In this document: piece by piece, positions 52,840-62,569 of the stretch
Numbering within the stretch: position 1 is the first letter of the stretch
Layout of the letters: each line of letters starts with the position of its first letter
Source: Vitrella brassicaformis CCMP3155
Lineage: Eukaryota > Protista > Chromerida
Reading direction: 5' to 3'
Assembly: GCA_001179505.1 (NCBI GenBank)
Contig: CDMY01000484.1
Coordinates: 1 to 64,000, forward strand
DNA: 64,000 bases
The notes under the pieces: generated by a model
The model's database searches: none
Seen by the model: the letters and a program-made list of their open reading frames with translations, nothing else
Told to the model about the DNA's origin: nothing
Position numbers and translations under genes: made by a program

Positions 52840-53643
52840 TTATCCCGCAGTTATACTATACAATTTATAAAGTCTAAAAGCAAGACCTAAACCGAGAATT
52901 GAAGCATAATATCCGACAACCATAAGATAAAGATTTACAAAAGGATCCTTATTATACTCTGGATCGTAATATTGTTTAATACCTGAATATTTACTTAAAC
53001 CCATCATTTTATCAATAAGATGATAGTATAAATGATATGTAAAATCTAAATAATCATACAATAAGTAAAATATTGTAAATAATCCTTTGTTTTTACTGCC
53101 TGACCAGTCAAAGTCTGGTGTGTCATCATCATCAAAAGGGTTATTGTTTTCATAATCAAAATCATCCCCATATTTAGGTATATCGGTCGCATCTCCTTCT
53201 TCTGTCTCATCCCATACTAATTTTCCGTCATCATTACGTATTATTTTTTCTCGTGGTAATGTAGAAAAATCAAAACCATCTACATGAGCATCAGGTGAAT
53301 TTCCAGTTGCCCCTTGAAATTCATTACGCCATTTTTGCGAAACATCAGGAGGGGCGTGTGTATCTACTTTTCTCACCACATCTTTCCATAGTCGTTCGTT
53401 TTCTGCCTTACCGAATTCAAAATTCTCAAAACGCCATATTACGTAATCAGTTCTTGCCATTGGAGGAGCGTAATTAACGTAATCCCAGATAGATATACCA
53501 AGTGCTTCATGACCTTTCATATATTGCTGTTGTCTTGGTGAACTTGTTGGTTCAGAATGAGTCGCCATTAAGGCAATCCAGTTCCAATTTGACCATCTTG
53601 ATCTTATATCTTGTGATGTTTCTGGACTTTCCCACGATGACAT
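52840..53643 (-). CDS. Viral hypothetical protein with acidic middle and C-terminal TM (267 aa)
   Basis: Intact ORF; LYLMVVGYYASILGLGLAF. Confidence 0.65.
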   Translation of the reverse strand: MSSWESPETSQDIRSRWSNWNWIALMATHSEPTSSPRQQQYMKGHEALGISIWDYVNYAPPMARTDYVIWRFENFEFGKAENERLWKDVVRKVDTHAPPDVSQKWRNEFQGATGNSPDAHVDGFDFSTLPREKIIRNDDGKLVWDETEEGDATDIPKYGDDFDYENNNPFDDDDTPDFDWSGSKNKGLFTIFYLLYDYLDFTYHLYYHLIDKMMGLSKYSGIKQYYDPEYNKDPFVNLYLMVVGYYASILGLGLAFRLYKLYSITAG

Positions 53644-53656
53644 TATTATATACTAC

Positions 53657-55429
53657 TTAAAATTCTTTACTTCGTGTTGCTGTCTCTTCAAATGTAATAT
53701 GACCATATACTGCTTTTTTTAACTCGTCTATCTGTGCCTGTTGCTGTTGGACACATTTTATTAAAAATGGTATAAGCGACATATATGATATACTTTTGCT
53801 TCCTTCTTCTCCATGCACTATGTCAGGTATTATTTTTTCTACCTCCTGTGCGATTAAACCATACTGCTTTTTTTCGTTAGGATGTTCCCGTAAATCATAT
53901 GAAACAGGGTTTAAGTTAAACATTTTGTTGTAAATTAATAAGGGTTCAATGTTTGTTTTTAAACTTATATCGCTATGAGTTTGATAAGATTCTGCTTGCA
54001 CTTTTCTATTAACCATTAAATGAGTGCCTCCCGCACCACCAGATAAATTAGCATCTGCGTGCTGATTTTCATAACCAATTAAGCACCTAAATAAATCACT
54101 TTCCCATCTACACCTCATATGGAGACCTCTGGTGACCGCATCATCAGTATAACTACATGCTAAACTTATACAATATGCTGTGCCTATTCGCCTACCTGCC
54201 ATATGTCCAATGGATACATTCGCTCTTGAACCAGCATACGCACCTTGTCCTATTGCTATGCAGTCCTGACTTTCTGATTGTGCACTTCGTCTTATTGCTA
54301 TATCCTCCCAAAAACCATACGTACTTGCTGGTGTTTTATTGGTTGCTCCTAAACCAATTGCTATTTGTTCGGTATTTTTCTGGACAAAACCCGATGTATC
54401 AGGGATAGATACATTTGAGTTTAATACATCGCTTATTGCTGTGTTATGTAAGTAAAGTTGTTTGCTGGATGGATTACACACACATAATCTATCAGTAGTT
54501 CCTGACCCAGAAGAAACCCCGAATATAACGCTATTAAAAGTTTTTTGTGCCGTAATAGTCTGTGTCGTGTTTGTCGTCATCATGTTGCTAATATTCACAT
54601 TGGAATTCAGGCAGTCCGAGATTTTATAATTAGACCTCAATAAACTTAAATTATCAGTGCTATAAGCATATAAATACCTATTCGCATCAGCATAACCAGA
54701 AGAATTTAACCTTAATTGTAAATTACTAAATGTTTTCTGTCCTGTAATATTCTGTGTCGTATCTGTTGTTGCCATATTACTGATATTCACATTCTAATTT
54801 AGGCAGTCAGCGATTGTATGAGTGTATTTTAATATTCTACCATCACTGCTGGAAATACCAGCGATAGGGTGTGCAGTTGAATTTGTAGAATAAGCATTAG
54901 TCATAAATAAGTCTTGTGAAGACCAATTAACCCGACCACTAAATGTCTTCTGCCCCGTTATGGTCTCCGTGCCAGCGAGACTACAATAATCACCCAAGTC
55001 AATCGCATCCACATTGCCTTTCAATATTTCCCAGTCATTAATACTTTTATTTGATGGAATAAGACGATTGTTATTGTCAAAGACACAAAAATGGTTAGTA
55101 GGTTGTGGATTTTGTGGAGCATTTACAATTATATGCTCAAAAGTCTTTTCTCCTGTAATAGTCTGCGGATCTGCAAGATGCATAAAGTCTCCAATTTTGT
55201 AGCTATTAATCGCTAATTGTCCGACTCCATTTAGTGAAAATAGATTATCAGTTTCGGCAGATGAATTAATACGATAATTTACAAAAGAAATTGATGAATT
55301 GTTAAATGTTAAATCACTAAAAGATTATATCTTGTTCTCCTTGTTTTTTTTGATAAAAGTGGTGCTGTGTAAATCCTCACCGAGAGAAGAACCACCTGAA
55401 ACGAATTGCTTACCCCACAGAGACGAAAT
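53657..55429 (-). pseudogene. Fibre/spike protein with C-terminal peptidase S74 intramolecular chaperone (one frame, two internal stops)
   Basis: One frame from ATT at 55429 to 53657 (591 codons) with TAA at 55325-55327 and TAG at 54794-54796. Four (Q/E)xIT(G/A)xKTF repeats, YadA-head-like IAIG motifs, and S74 motif SDISLKTNI..LNPVSY..YGLIAQEVEKIIPDIV..ISYMSLIPFLIKCVQ. Confidence 0.85.
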
Positions 55430-55449
55430 GGTTGATACACTATATTATA

Positions 55450-56533
55450 TTAAGAAAGAGATAAAATTAATTCATATGGTGTATTCATTTTCAATGCTCT
55501 CCCTTTGTGATCCGCCCAAGATATACGAATTCTACTAACATTCATCGGATAATTAAATGTAATCTCGTTCTCACCACGTCCAAAAACAATAGCAGACCAC
55601 ACATTATCAATCGGTATAATAAAAGATGAAAAAATACTACCATCTGCTGACATAGCATCATAACCACTTTGGTCATTAAACAACATTGTAAGAAAAATTG
55701 TTTTTACGGCAAGATTCACGGAGTTAGGAAGTTTCACACTTTTATTCCATGTTGTTGTCCCCTTGTTTTCAATAAAATTAGCAGGTAATCCTATTAGTTC
55801 AGAATCAAAATTAAATGAGGGATGACGACCATTAATACGAAATGAATAATCATTTTCTGCGCATGCAACGAGAAAGGGACGTCTGCGCTGTCCACATGCA
55901 GCCGACGATGTGACTGCCGGAATCACAAGCGCCTCTGCACTAACTGTGTCTGTCTGCGTGGGGGAGGGAGGGGAGGGTTTGCGGGACTGGGGTGTGCTGA
56001 TGGGGCGGGGATTGATCCCTCCTCCCCTTGAGCCTGTTTGACTCTGCGTGCTGATGGGACTGTATTTGTATGAGTATCACGGACACACAGACGAGTGTTA
56101 CGGTTAATGACAGTTTCTCCCCATAATCATTTTCTTCAACGAAAGTTAAACGATTAGTTAATTCATCTAATTCAATTTTTATATTTTCACTTCTTGAATC
56201 ATCAGTAAATACTTCCTGACTTTTCAACTGAATCGCATTTTGAAGGTCTTTAAGACTATAAAACCCTTCATCTAATACAATACGATAATCTTTCGCTATA
56301 TTTTTATCTACATACGGGTTTTCTGACCATGGAGTTGAAACGACAGGCAAAGTAATAACAAGACAATCATTAACTCCCATTCGGATATTGAAAATACTAT
56401 TTGGAATATTGTATAAAACTAATCTTACTTTTCTTACACCAGTATAAGCATGTTTCAGATTCAACACGAAATTAGAACTATCTATATCTCTGTTCTCATC
56501 ACGATGACTTGAACTAATATATAATAAACTCAT
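55450..56533 (-). pseudogene. Minor capsid (penton) protein, interrupted by a 264-bp insertion
   Basis: N-half LYISSSHRD..SSNFVLNL..YNIPNSIFNI..VLDEGFYSL; C-half SFIIPID..SRIRISWADHKG..YELILSL. Removing the insert plus one TSD copy (277 bp) gives an 807-bp, 268-aa ORF. Confidence 0.8.
55859..56122 (+). mobile_element. GC-rich 264-bp insertion with 13-bp TSD (5'-truncated retroposed or TE fragment)
   Basis: ATAATCATTTTCT at 55846-55858 and 56123-56135. The plus strand encodes an ORF tail ACNEKGTSALSTCSRRCDCRNHKRLCTNCVCLRG..stop, followed by UTR-like sequence. Confidence 0.8.
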
Positions 56534-56545
56534 GACTATATGTTA

Positions 56546-56731
56546 TTAACGAAAACGTAGAAATAAAAATAAACCAAGTATTACCACACTTCCAAGAATC
56601 ATGTAAAAAAAGAAACTACTTCCACCACTACTTTTAGTCTGTGTTCCTGATCCAACATTTCCCTCACCTTCGGGGTGTTCAGTTAGATTCGTCAATTCGT
56701 CTATAATATCCTGCGAGGGTTGTTCTGACAT
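56546..56731 (-). CDS. Small tail-anchored viral membrane protein (61 aa)
   Basis: Acidic/GS linker then FFFYMILGSVVILGLFLFL. Confidence 0.6.
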   Translation of the reverse strand: MSEQPSQDIIDELTNLTEHPEGEGNVGSGTQTKSSGGSSFFFYMILGSVVILGLFLFLRFR

Positions 56732-56768
56732 TGTTGTATATAATTATATATAATAAAAAAATAATTAA

Positions 56769-57767
56769 TTATGGAACGTCAGATAGTTTTTTTGTTGATT
56801 TGTAAATATTATTATTGGAATCAATACAGAGAATATTTAAATCAGTTCCTGTGGTTTCAGGAATATTGTTCAAGTCCAGACTTTTAGATATTTTAACATT
56901 TCCATCCGCCATTGCCCAAAACTCGTCGTAAGTCTTACATATAGCGTAATGTGTCCCGAGACCACCGATATAACTATTATTCAATACAGAATTATCGCTT
57001 ACTAAACGCCCGATATGTATTTTATCGTCTATTTTTGTATAATCAGGTAGTAATGTTGCTAAATCACCAATTATAGTGTTAAATATATTACCATCTACAT
57101 AATGCCATATACGATTACTCGCTGTATCAAAACTTATGCCTTGTATATTATCTTCACCAATTTTCAACGGAGATACAGACCCTAAATTTACTACTCTGTG
57201 TTCTTCAAAAATATCATTTAGCTCTACAATAGGCAAGAAATCATTATAAATTCTTACATCTTCAATCAAGCATTCATTATTATTCTGTGTGGATAATTCC
57301 AGTTGTCCTGCGTCGCCAGCGGAGTCAAAAAAATCATTATTAAAGGTTATTCTTTCGTTTTCTAATAGAAAATACTGATCTTCAATATCTACAATCGCTT
57401 TATTTTCATCTATATACACAAAATTAATTTCTCCATTATCGCCGTTATAACTTAACCCCATGAAAAACCAATAATCTTTCGCTGTATTATGAGGAATATT
57501 ACTTGCTGAATTATTAATTTGCTTACTCAAAGCACTATTTCCAGTCCTTAACCATATTCTTTTGTTATTATTATCTACCATGAAACGACGCCAATTAAAT
57601 GTGCTTCCAATATATGTTACTAATTCAATATTTCCACTTCTACTTTCAAGATGCTTAAACCATAAACACCAAGTTAGTTTTTTAGGAGAAGTATTATGAA
57701 TATCTGCTTCTAATCCACGAGCAAAAACCACCTTCTCATTACGAGAAGCAGTTAGAGTAGCACCCAT
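56769..57767 (-). CDS. LamG/concanavalin-A-like domain protein (putative receptor-binding or structural)
   Basis: LTWCLWFK..WFFMGLSYNG..INFVYID..LIEDVRIYNDFL is a LamG_3-like pattern; TATATA motif before ATG 57767. Confidence 0.7.
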   Translation of the reverse strand: MGATLTASRNEKVVFARGLEADIHNTSPKKLTWCLWFKHLESRSGNIELVTYIGSTFNWRRFMVDNNNKRIWLRTGNSALSKQINNSASNIPHNTAKDYWFFMGLSYNGDNGEINFVYIDENKAIVDIEDQYFLLENERITFNNDFFDSAGDAGQLELSTQNNNECLIEDVRIYNDFLPIVELNDIFEEHRVVNLGSVSPLKIGEDNIQGISFDTASNRIWHYVDGNIFNTIIGDLATLLPDYTKIDDKIHIGRLVSDNSVLNNSYIGGLGTHYAICKTYDEFWAMADGNVKISKSLDLNNIPETTGTDLNILCIDSNNNIYKSTKKLSDVP

Positions 57768-57796
57768 TACGATATATATATTAAAATACATAAATT

Positions 57797-59265
57797 TTAT
57801 GTTGCGACACTACCTCCTATGCGGTCAGTTACAGAATTTTCACTATCACCAAGGTTTGTAGCACCGCCATTATGAATGAAATTATACCAGAAAAGTGGTT
57901 GCTTACTCATTCCTGATTGATTAATATTTATATCAGTTTTTACTCCGTTTCTATACAGACTACACACTACTAATTTATTATCTTTAATGAATTCTACACG
58001 ATTATCATTAGTGCCATAACATAACAATGCTTCTTTGCTTGTATCATCTAATGGTTTAAATCTAAATGCGAATGTAACTAAATTAAAATTGACTAGTGGT
58101 AAATTACCGATTTCTATACATGAATTTGATGTATTATTTTTAAAATCTAATTCTCTATCATTTACAACATTAATAATATTCACAGGATAAGCAATAACTC
58201 CATCTCTCCATAAAACACTTAATTTCAATACACCATCTTCCACAGCATAGTTAGGCAACTGATTATACGAAAAATAAATGTTTTCTAAATCATTAAGTGT
58301 TACATCAAAATTAACCACATTTTTATCTGATGTTAAACCTAATACTCTACTCTGTTTATCATCTCGTTCAGTTTCAAGATTTTCAAGGTCAGGCACCCGC
58401 CCTAGTCGTTCAACCCCATGCTCTAATCTTTGAAAATTAACTACCGAAGTATGGAGTCTCGTAGAGCAGTAAAAACTACCTACATATGAATGATTAAGTA
58501 ATGAATTACTAGAATTATGCCCGATTTCAATTTGGTTATTGACTGGTATTGTAGGAAAAGAATATGGTAAAGTAATTTTATTTACTACATCTTCTATTCC
58601 TTTATCCAACCGACTTGAATAGCAGTATAAATCATTATTATCCGCATCATAACTAATTCCAATAATATTTACTTCATTCGCTAATAGACCAGTTTTTATT
58701 ACTACTATCTGTGCGTCATCTCTATTCAATCTCACTTTTACTGCGTTGTTTTCCTTAAAAAAATTCAAACATATTGCCATAAGTAAATAACGCTTCTGCT
58801 AAATTTAAGTCAATCGGTTTGAAATAAAAAAACAAAAGTTATGGTTTTCTGTAAATGAAGTGGAAGATTAGAGCATAAAATATAATCTGGTGAAGTATCA
58901 GTGAAATCAATTAAATTATCAGGCGTTATAGGTTTAGATGTTGAAAACTTATTTAATGGATTTATGAAGTGAATAATATCATCTACTTTACCATTTCTAA
59001 ATTTATCTTTCAGTATCAGTTTATCATCCATGATTTCTGTACCCGAAACAGAGCGAAATGAAGCACACAAAGCATCTACTAATACGCCTGTTTTAAATGT
59101 CCTTTTTATTTCGTTATTTTCATCAATAATTGCTATATTATGTTTGTATTCGTCGTAATATTCTATCTCATCTCCTATCTTAATACCTTGTAAATTTTTC
59201 TCTACAAACAGATTATCACACACAATATTATCAGCATCCAACCATTTACTTCTATGACGGGGCAT
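57797..59265 (-). pseudogene. LamG-like/fibre-like protein split by two +1 frameshifts
   Basis: ORFs 58810..59331 and 57797..58780 join via the intermediate frame YFKPIDLNLAEALFTYGNMFEFF if one base is removed from each 7-mer run (58826-58832, 58757-58763). The restored segment matches the internal repeat FRFKPLDDTSKEALLCYG. Confidence 0.7.
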
Positions 59266-59284
59266 AATGATATTATATATTAAA

Positions 59285-59866
59285 TTAGATATTCTTATAT
59301 TTTTCTGACAATTCTTTTGTTTTATTTTCACTCGGCGGATTAGTCATTAAATTAGATATCGCAATTTTTATTATTGAAAACATTATTAATCCTACTAATT
59401 TGACATGAGGCGACACTTGTATTAGTTGCAGATTCTCAACCAGTAATGTTCTTAACGCTACACTAATATTTGGGTCATCATGCATTTCTTTTGCTAAACC
59501 ATCAAGTTTTAACCAGTAAAAGCAGGTATTATTTTCTCTATAACTTTACCAAAATTATCAATAATATAGGTAGATGTATCATTTACTGTATTGGTCGCTA
59601 TATTTGCCGAAATTCTGCAATACTCTACTCTATCTTCAAGTTCTTCTTTACTTATATCTTTTTTCAGTTTTGGAAACTCTTTATTTGGAAAAAGTAAGCA
59701 ATAGCTGTCATATTTTGCTTTTAGCATGTCCATTTCTAATGCATCTTCAAGATTAAAAAGACCTCTCGTCTTCATTTATTTTGAGCATATCTGACGTATC
59801 AACATCATCAGTTGATTTCTTAATATCTTCAATTACTTTATCAAGAGCTTTATTACTCCGTGGCAT
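59285..59866 (-). pseudogene. Viral hypothetical protein (~193 aa) with two compensating frameshifts
   Basis: MPRSNKALDK..DERSF / NLEDALEMDML..IPAFTG / LKLDGLAKEMHDDP..VSPHVKL; +1 at 59755-59759 and -1 at ~59511 restore one 582-bp frame. Confidence 0.6.
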
Positions 59867-59941
59867 TCCTATATATTATTGTATTTAAGTCTAATTTCAC
59901 TAAGATTTTTTTTGCAAGATTTATATATACAATATTTAACA

Positions 59942-60214
59942 ATGTCAGATATTAATTTAAATCCACCTGTTCCTCCTCCTTTACCTAATATGAACGAAAA
60001 TGAAAGCAATATTGATGATATGATACAGGCGTTAGGTGAAAAACTAAATGCAGAAAACAATGGTAATATCATAAAAAATAAATCATTACTTTCACAACTT
60101 GACTTATCCTCTACAATAAGCACATCATTTGGAGTCATACTTGGAAGTATTATAACTATATATATACTCTACAACTTCTCCAAAAAAAATCATTTCAGTA
60201 TCGCAGAATTTTAA
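59942..60214 (+). CDS. Small viral membrane protein (~90 aa)
   Basis: ATG 59942 after TATATA; TM TSFGVILGSIITIYILYNF. Confidence 0.6.
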   Translation: MSDINLNPPVPPPLPNMNENESNIDDMIQALGEKLNAENNGNIIKNKSLLSQLDLSSTISTSFGVILGSIITIYILYNFSKKNHFSIAEF

Positions 60215-60438
60215 ATTATATGCAACTTTGCTAATTGAATTTCTAATTGTTTCTGCTCTTTGACTAATTCATTATATTTATTAATCAAAGTTGTGTAATT
60301 ATTGAACAATTTATCATAGTCTTCTTTCATTTGCTGATAAGCAACATACTTTGAATATACCATTCTTTGTCTCTCTTTTTGATATTGCCTGTTTTTTTCA
60401 GCATCCCACTTTGGTTTCTTTTTATTATTATTATCCAT
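60211..60438 (-). CDS. Small basic coiled-coil protein (75 aa)
   Basis: KKKPKW..RQYQKERQR followed by heptad-like repeats. Confidence 0.6.
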   Translation of the reverse strand: MDNNNKKKPKWDAEKNRQYQKERQRMVYSKYVAYQQMKEDYDKLFNNYTTLINKYNELVKEQKQLEIQLAKLHII

Positions 60439-60472
60439 ATATTTATATATAAGAACTTATACTTCAATATAA

Positions 60473-60877
60473 ATGTTTTCTCCTGAATTCATAGAACTAT
60501 TTAAGGAAAAGACCGAGAATTTGCAGAAGTTTATTAAAGAATATGTGTATGATAATATAGACAAAGAAAAGTTGGATGAGTTTGTGGTTGGTGAATTACC
60601 TGATCAACTAAAAGAACATGCTAAACAGGAACTCAAACAATATCCTTATGATGAACTATTAGATATGAAAATAACTGATGACTTTGTCAAAAAAAATGTA
60701 ATGAGATGCCGTTTATTTTTAATGATTATATTTCAGCCTATTATCAAAGAAAACAAGTTAGAAGCATACATGGATAAAATACTAAATAATTTAGACGATA
60801 AAGGAGAAAATAAAGACTTTGTTATTAGTAATCTTTGTAAATATATATCCTTTTATTCAGATATTTGTTCAGGATGA
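60473..60877 (+). CDS. Viral hypothetical protein (134 aa)
   Basis: Intact ORF with AT-rich viral codon usage. Confidence 0.65.
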   Translation: MFSPEFIELFKEKTENLQKFIKEYVYDNIDKEKLDEFVVGELPDQLKEHAKQELKQYPYDELLDMKITDDFVKKNVMRCRLFLMIIFQPIIKENKLEAYMDKILNNLDDKGENKDFVISNLCKYISFYSDICSG

Positions 60878-61200
60878 GTTGGAATCCGATAGACTGGGGT
60901 AAAGATATAGTATCAGGTAAAGCGCCACAACTGCCTGGAATGGGGGGTAGTCCAATAAGTGGTGGAGGAAGTGATAATCCATTAGAAGATGGTGTGATGG
61001 GAGAAGTAATCAAAGAAATAAGAAAACTTATTGAACCTATTGTAAATAAGATATTAAGTCCTATCCAGAGTATTATAGATGATGTTATTTGTTTTTTTAA
61101 TCAGATATGGGAACTTCTATTATCAATTTTGGGGTTCATATATATAGGTGCTTTACTTGCTTTTGCTGTTTATGCTTCCGCTTTTATTATAATTTTATAG
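60874..61200 (+). CDS. Small viral membrane protein
   Basis: MSWNPIDW..; C-terminal TM LLLSILGFIYIGALLAFAVYASAFIIIL. Confidence 0.6.
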   Translation: MSWNPIDWGKDIVSGKAPQLPGMGGSPISGGGSDNPLEDGVMGEVIKEIRKLIEPIVNKILSPIQSIIDDVICFFNQIWELLLSILGFIYIGALLAFAVYASAFIIIL

Positions 61201-61216
61201 ATATATATTTAACAAA

Positions 61217-61571
61217 ATGGATCTCAGCCTTGGACTTGAAAATATGTTTAAAAGGGGCATTAGATGTCTTATTTGGTCAGTTTTTTAAATTATTAGATCA
61301 GTGGTATAGAGGAGCAATAAAAATATTAGAAACAATATTTGGCACAACTTTTCCAAAAGAAGTAAAAAGTAGGCAAGATTTTACATTAAGTGTTATGACA
61401 ACTGTTATTTTAGCTTTTGTGATTAAGACAAGTTTTCATTATCCGTATTCACGTCGGGCTATAATTAAAGTTCATCATAATCTTCACGCCGTTTCTCTTT
61501 TCTTTCCGTTCTCAATCCAAAACCTTTTTGCTTGGCAAAAGCTCTGGTTCCCATTCGTTGAGGTTGTCTAG
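61217..61571 (+). pseudogene. Possible small membrane protein with frameshift
   Basis: MDLSLGLENMFK joins GALDVLFGQFF.. by removing one base at AAAAGGGG (~61250-61257). The 3' end overlaps the integrase antisense and is uncertain. Confidence 0.35.
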
Positions 61572-62562
61572 ATTCAGTTATTCTCTGCTCTCGCTCTCGC
61601 CTCTCTTGCGTAGTAATTGGCATAGGTTGAACATTTCTCTCTACTCCCTCTGCATCTACTTTCAATAAATCAGCTCTCATATAAAACTTTCCATTTACTT
61701 TATACGGCATCATTGGCTTATTATCATTGACCTCCTGAATTTCAAATATTTCTTTTGAGAACGTAGGCTTAAATCCTCTGGTAAACACATTTTTTACTAA
61801 TTTGATTCTTACTTTATCACCTTTACTTAATGGTATTTTAATATGCTCTCTGTGTGCTCTCTTAATAATATTCTTCATGACTTCTTCCTGATTTTCCGCC
61901 TTGACAGCATTATTAGGTGCCATTTTAATTGTTGTATGATAAGATGAGTTATAGTTGTTTAATATATCATTTAATATACTGATCCAAGATTTTGAGTTTT
62001 TACTTTTCAGTGCTTTATTCATCATTAATTTAATCGTTCTGTGCCACCGTTCAACAAACACAGACTTACTTTTTGAATTCAGTAATATAATATTATTCTG
62101 TCTACAATATTCGCTAAATTCACCTAAAAATTCACTGCCTAAATCTGAAAAAATATAATTTGGTTTACCAAGTTTTGTCTGTATGACTTTGAATGCTTCT
62201 ACTATTGTTTTTGCCTGTTTATCTTCAATAGGCACAGCCCATGCTTTTTTAGTAAATACATCTATGCAAGTCAATAATCCAATGTGTCCATTATTGAGAC
62301 GAGGGTTAGGCAAAAAAACAAGGTCAATCTGGAATTCAAAGCGTTTGTGTGGAGCAATAAAACTAAATCCTTTTGCTCGTGTAACTTGAGTATAAGTTTG
62401 CTGTATCTCTTGACGACTTATAAACTCTTTCACATCTTTTAATGTTATACTGGCATCCTGCTGTTTTGCTTTACGATGTAATTGCATAGCAGATTGAAAG
62501 CCTGTTGCAGGAGAGTAATAAATATCTCTTAATATTTTCTTTTGATTATCTGATAGTGGCAT
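61465..62562 (-). CDS. Retroviral-like (rve, DDE) integrase of Polinton type, 365 aa
   Basis: YYSPATGFQS, FQIDLV, LTCIDVFTKKAWAVPI, SDLGSEF, VERWHRTIK, YNSSYHTTIKMAP, GDKVRI. No C-terminal chromodomain visible. Confidence 0.95.
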   Translation of the reverse strand: MPLSDNQKKILRDIYYSPATGFQSAMQLHRKAKQQDASITLKDVKEFISRQEIQQTYTQVTRAKGFSFIAPHKRFEFQIDLVFLPNPRLNNGHIGLLTCIDVFTKKAWAVPIEDKQAKTIVEAFKVIQTKLGKPNYIFSDLGSEFLGEFSEYCRQNNIILLNSKSKSVFVERWHRTIKLMMNKALKSKNSKSWISILNDILNNYNSSYHTTIKMAPNNAVKAENQEEVMKNIIKRAHREHIKIPLSKGDKVRIKLVKNVFTRGFKPTFSKEIFEIQEVNDNKPMMPYKVNGKFYMRADLLKVDAEGVERNVQPMPITTQERREREQRITESRQPQRMGTRAFAKQKGFGLRTERKEKRREDYDEL

Positions 62563-62569
62563 AATTATA

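Noticed and set aside
48386-55429. Ciliate-type TAA/TAG reassignment to explain internal stops
   Set aside because: Neighbouring viral genes end normally in TAA, the TAG aligns with Ser in sister repeats, and frameshifts co-occur; mutation is simpler.
55859-56122. Precisely spliced introner restoring the penton
   Set aside because: No GT/GC donor lies within the TSD. The GT-AG pair nearest the ends is out of frame, and the in-frame alternative leaves extra residues.
57767-57797. Fusion of the two LamG genes across this gap
   Set aside because: They are in different frames, and the spacer carries the same TATATA motif seen before other starts.
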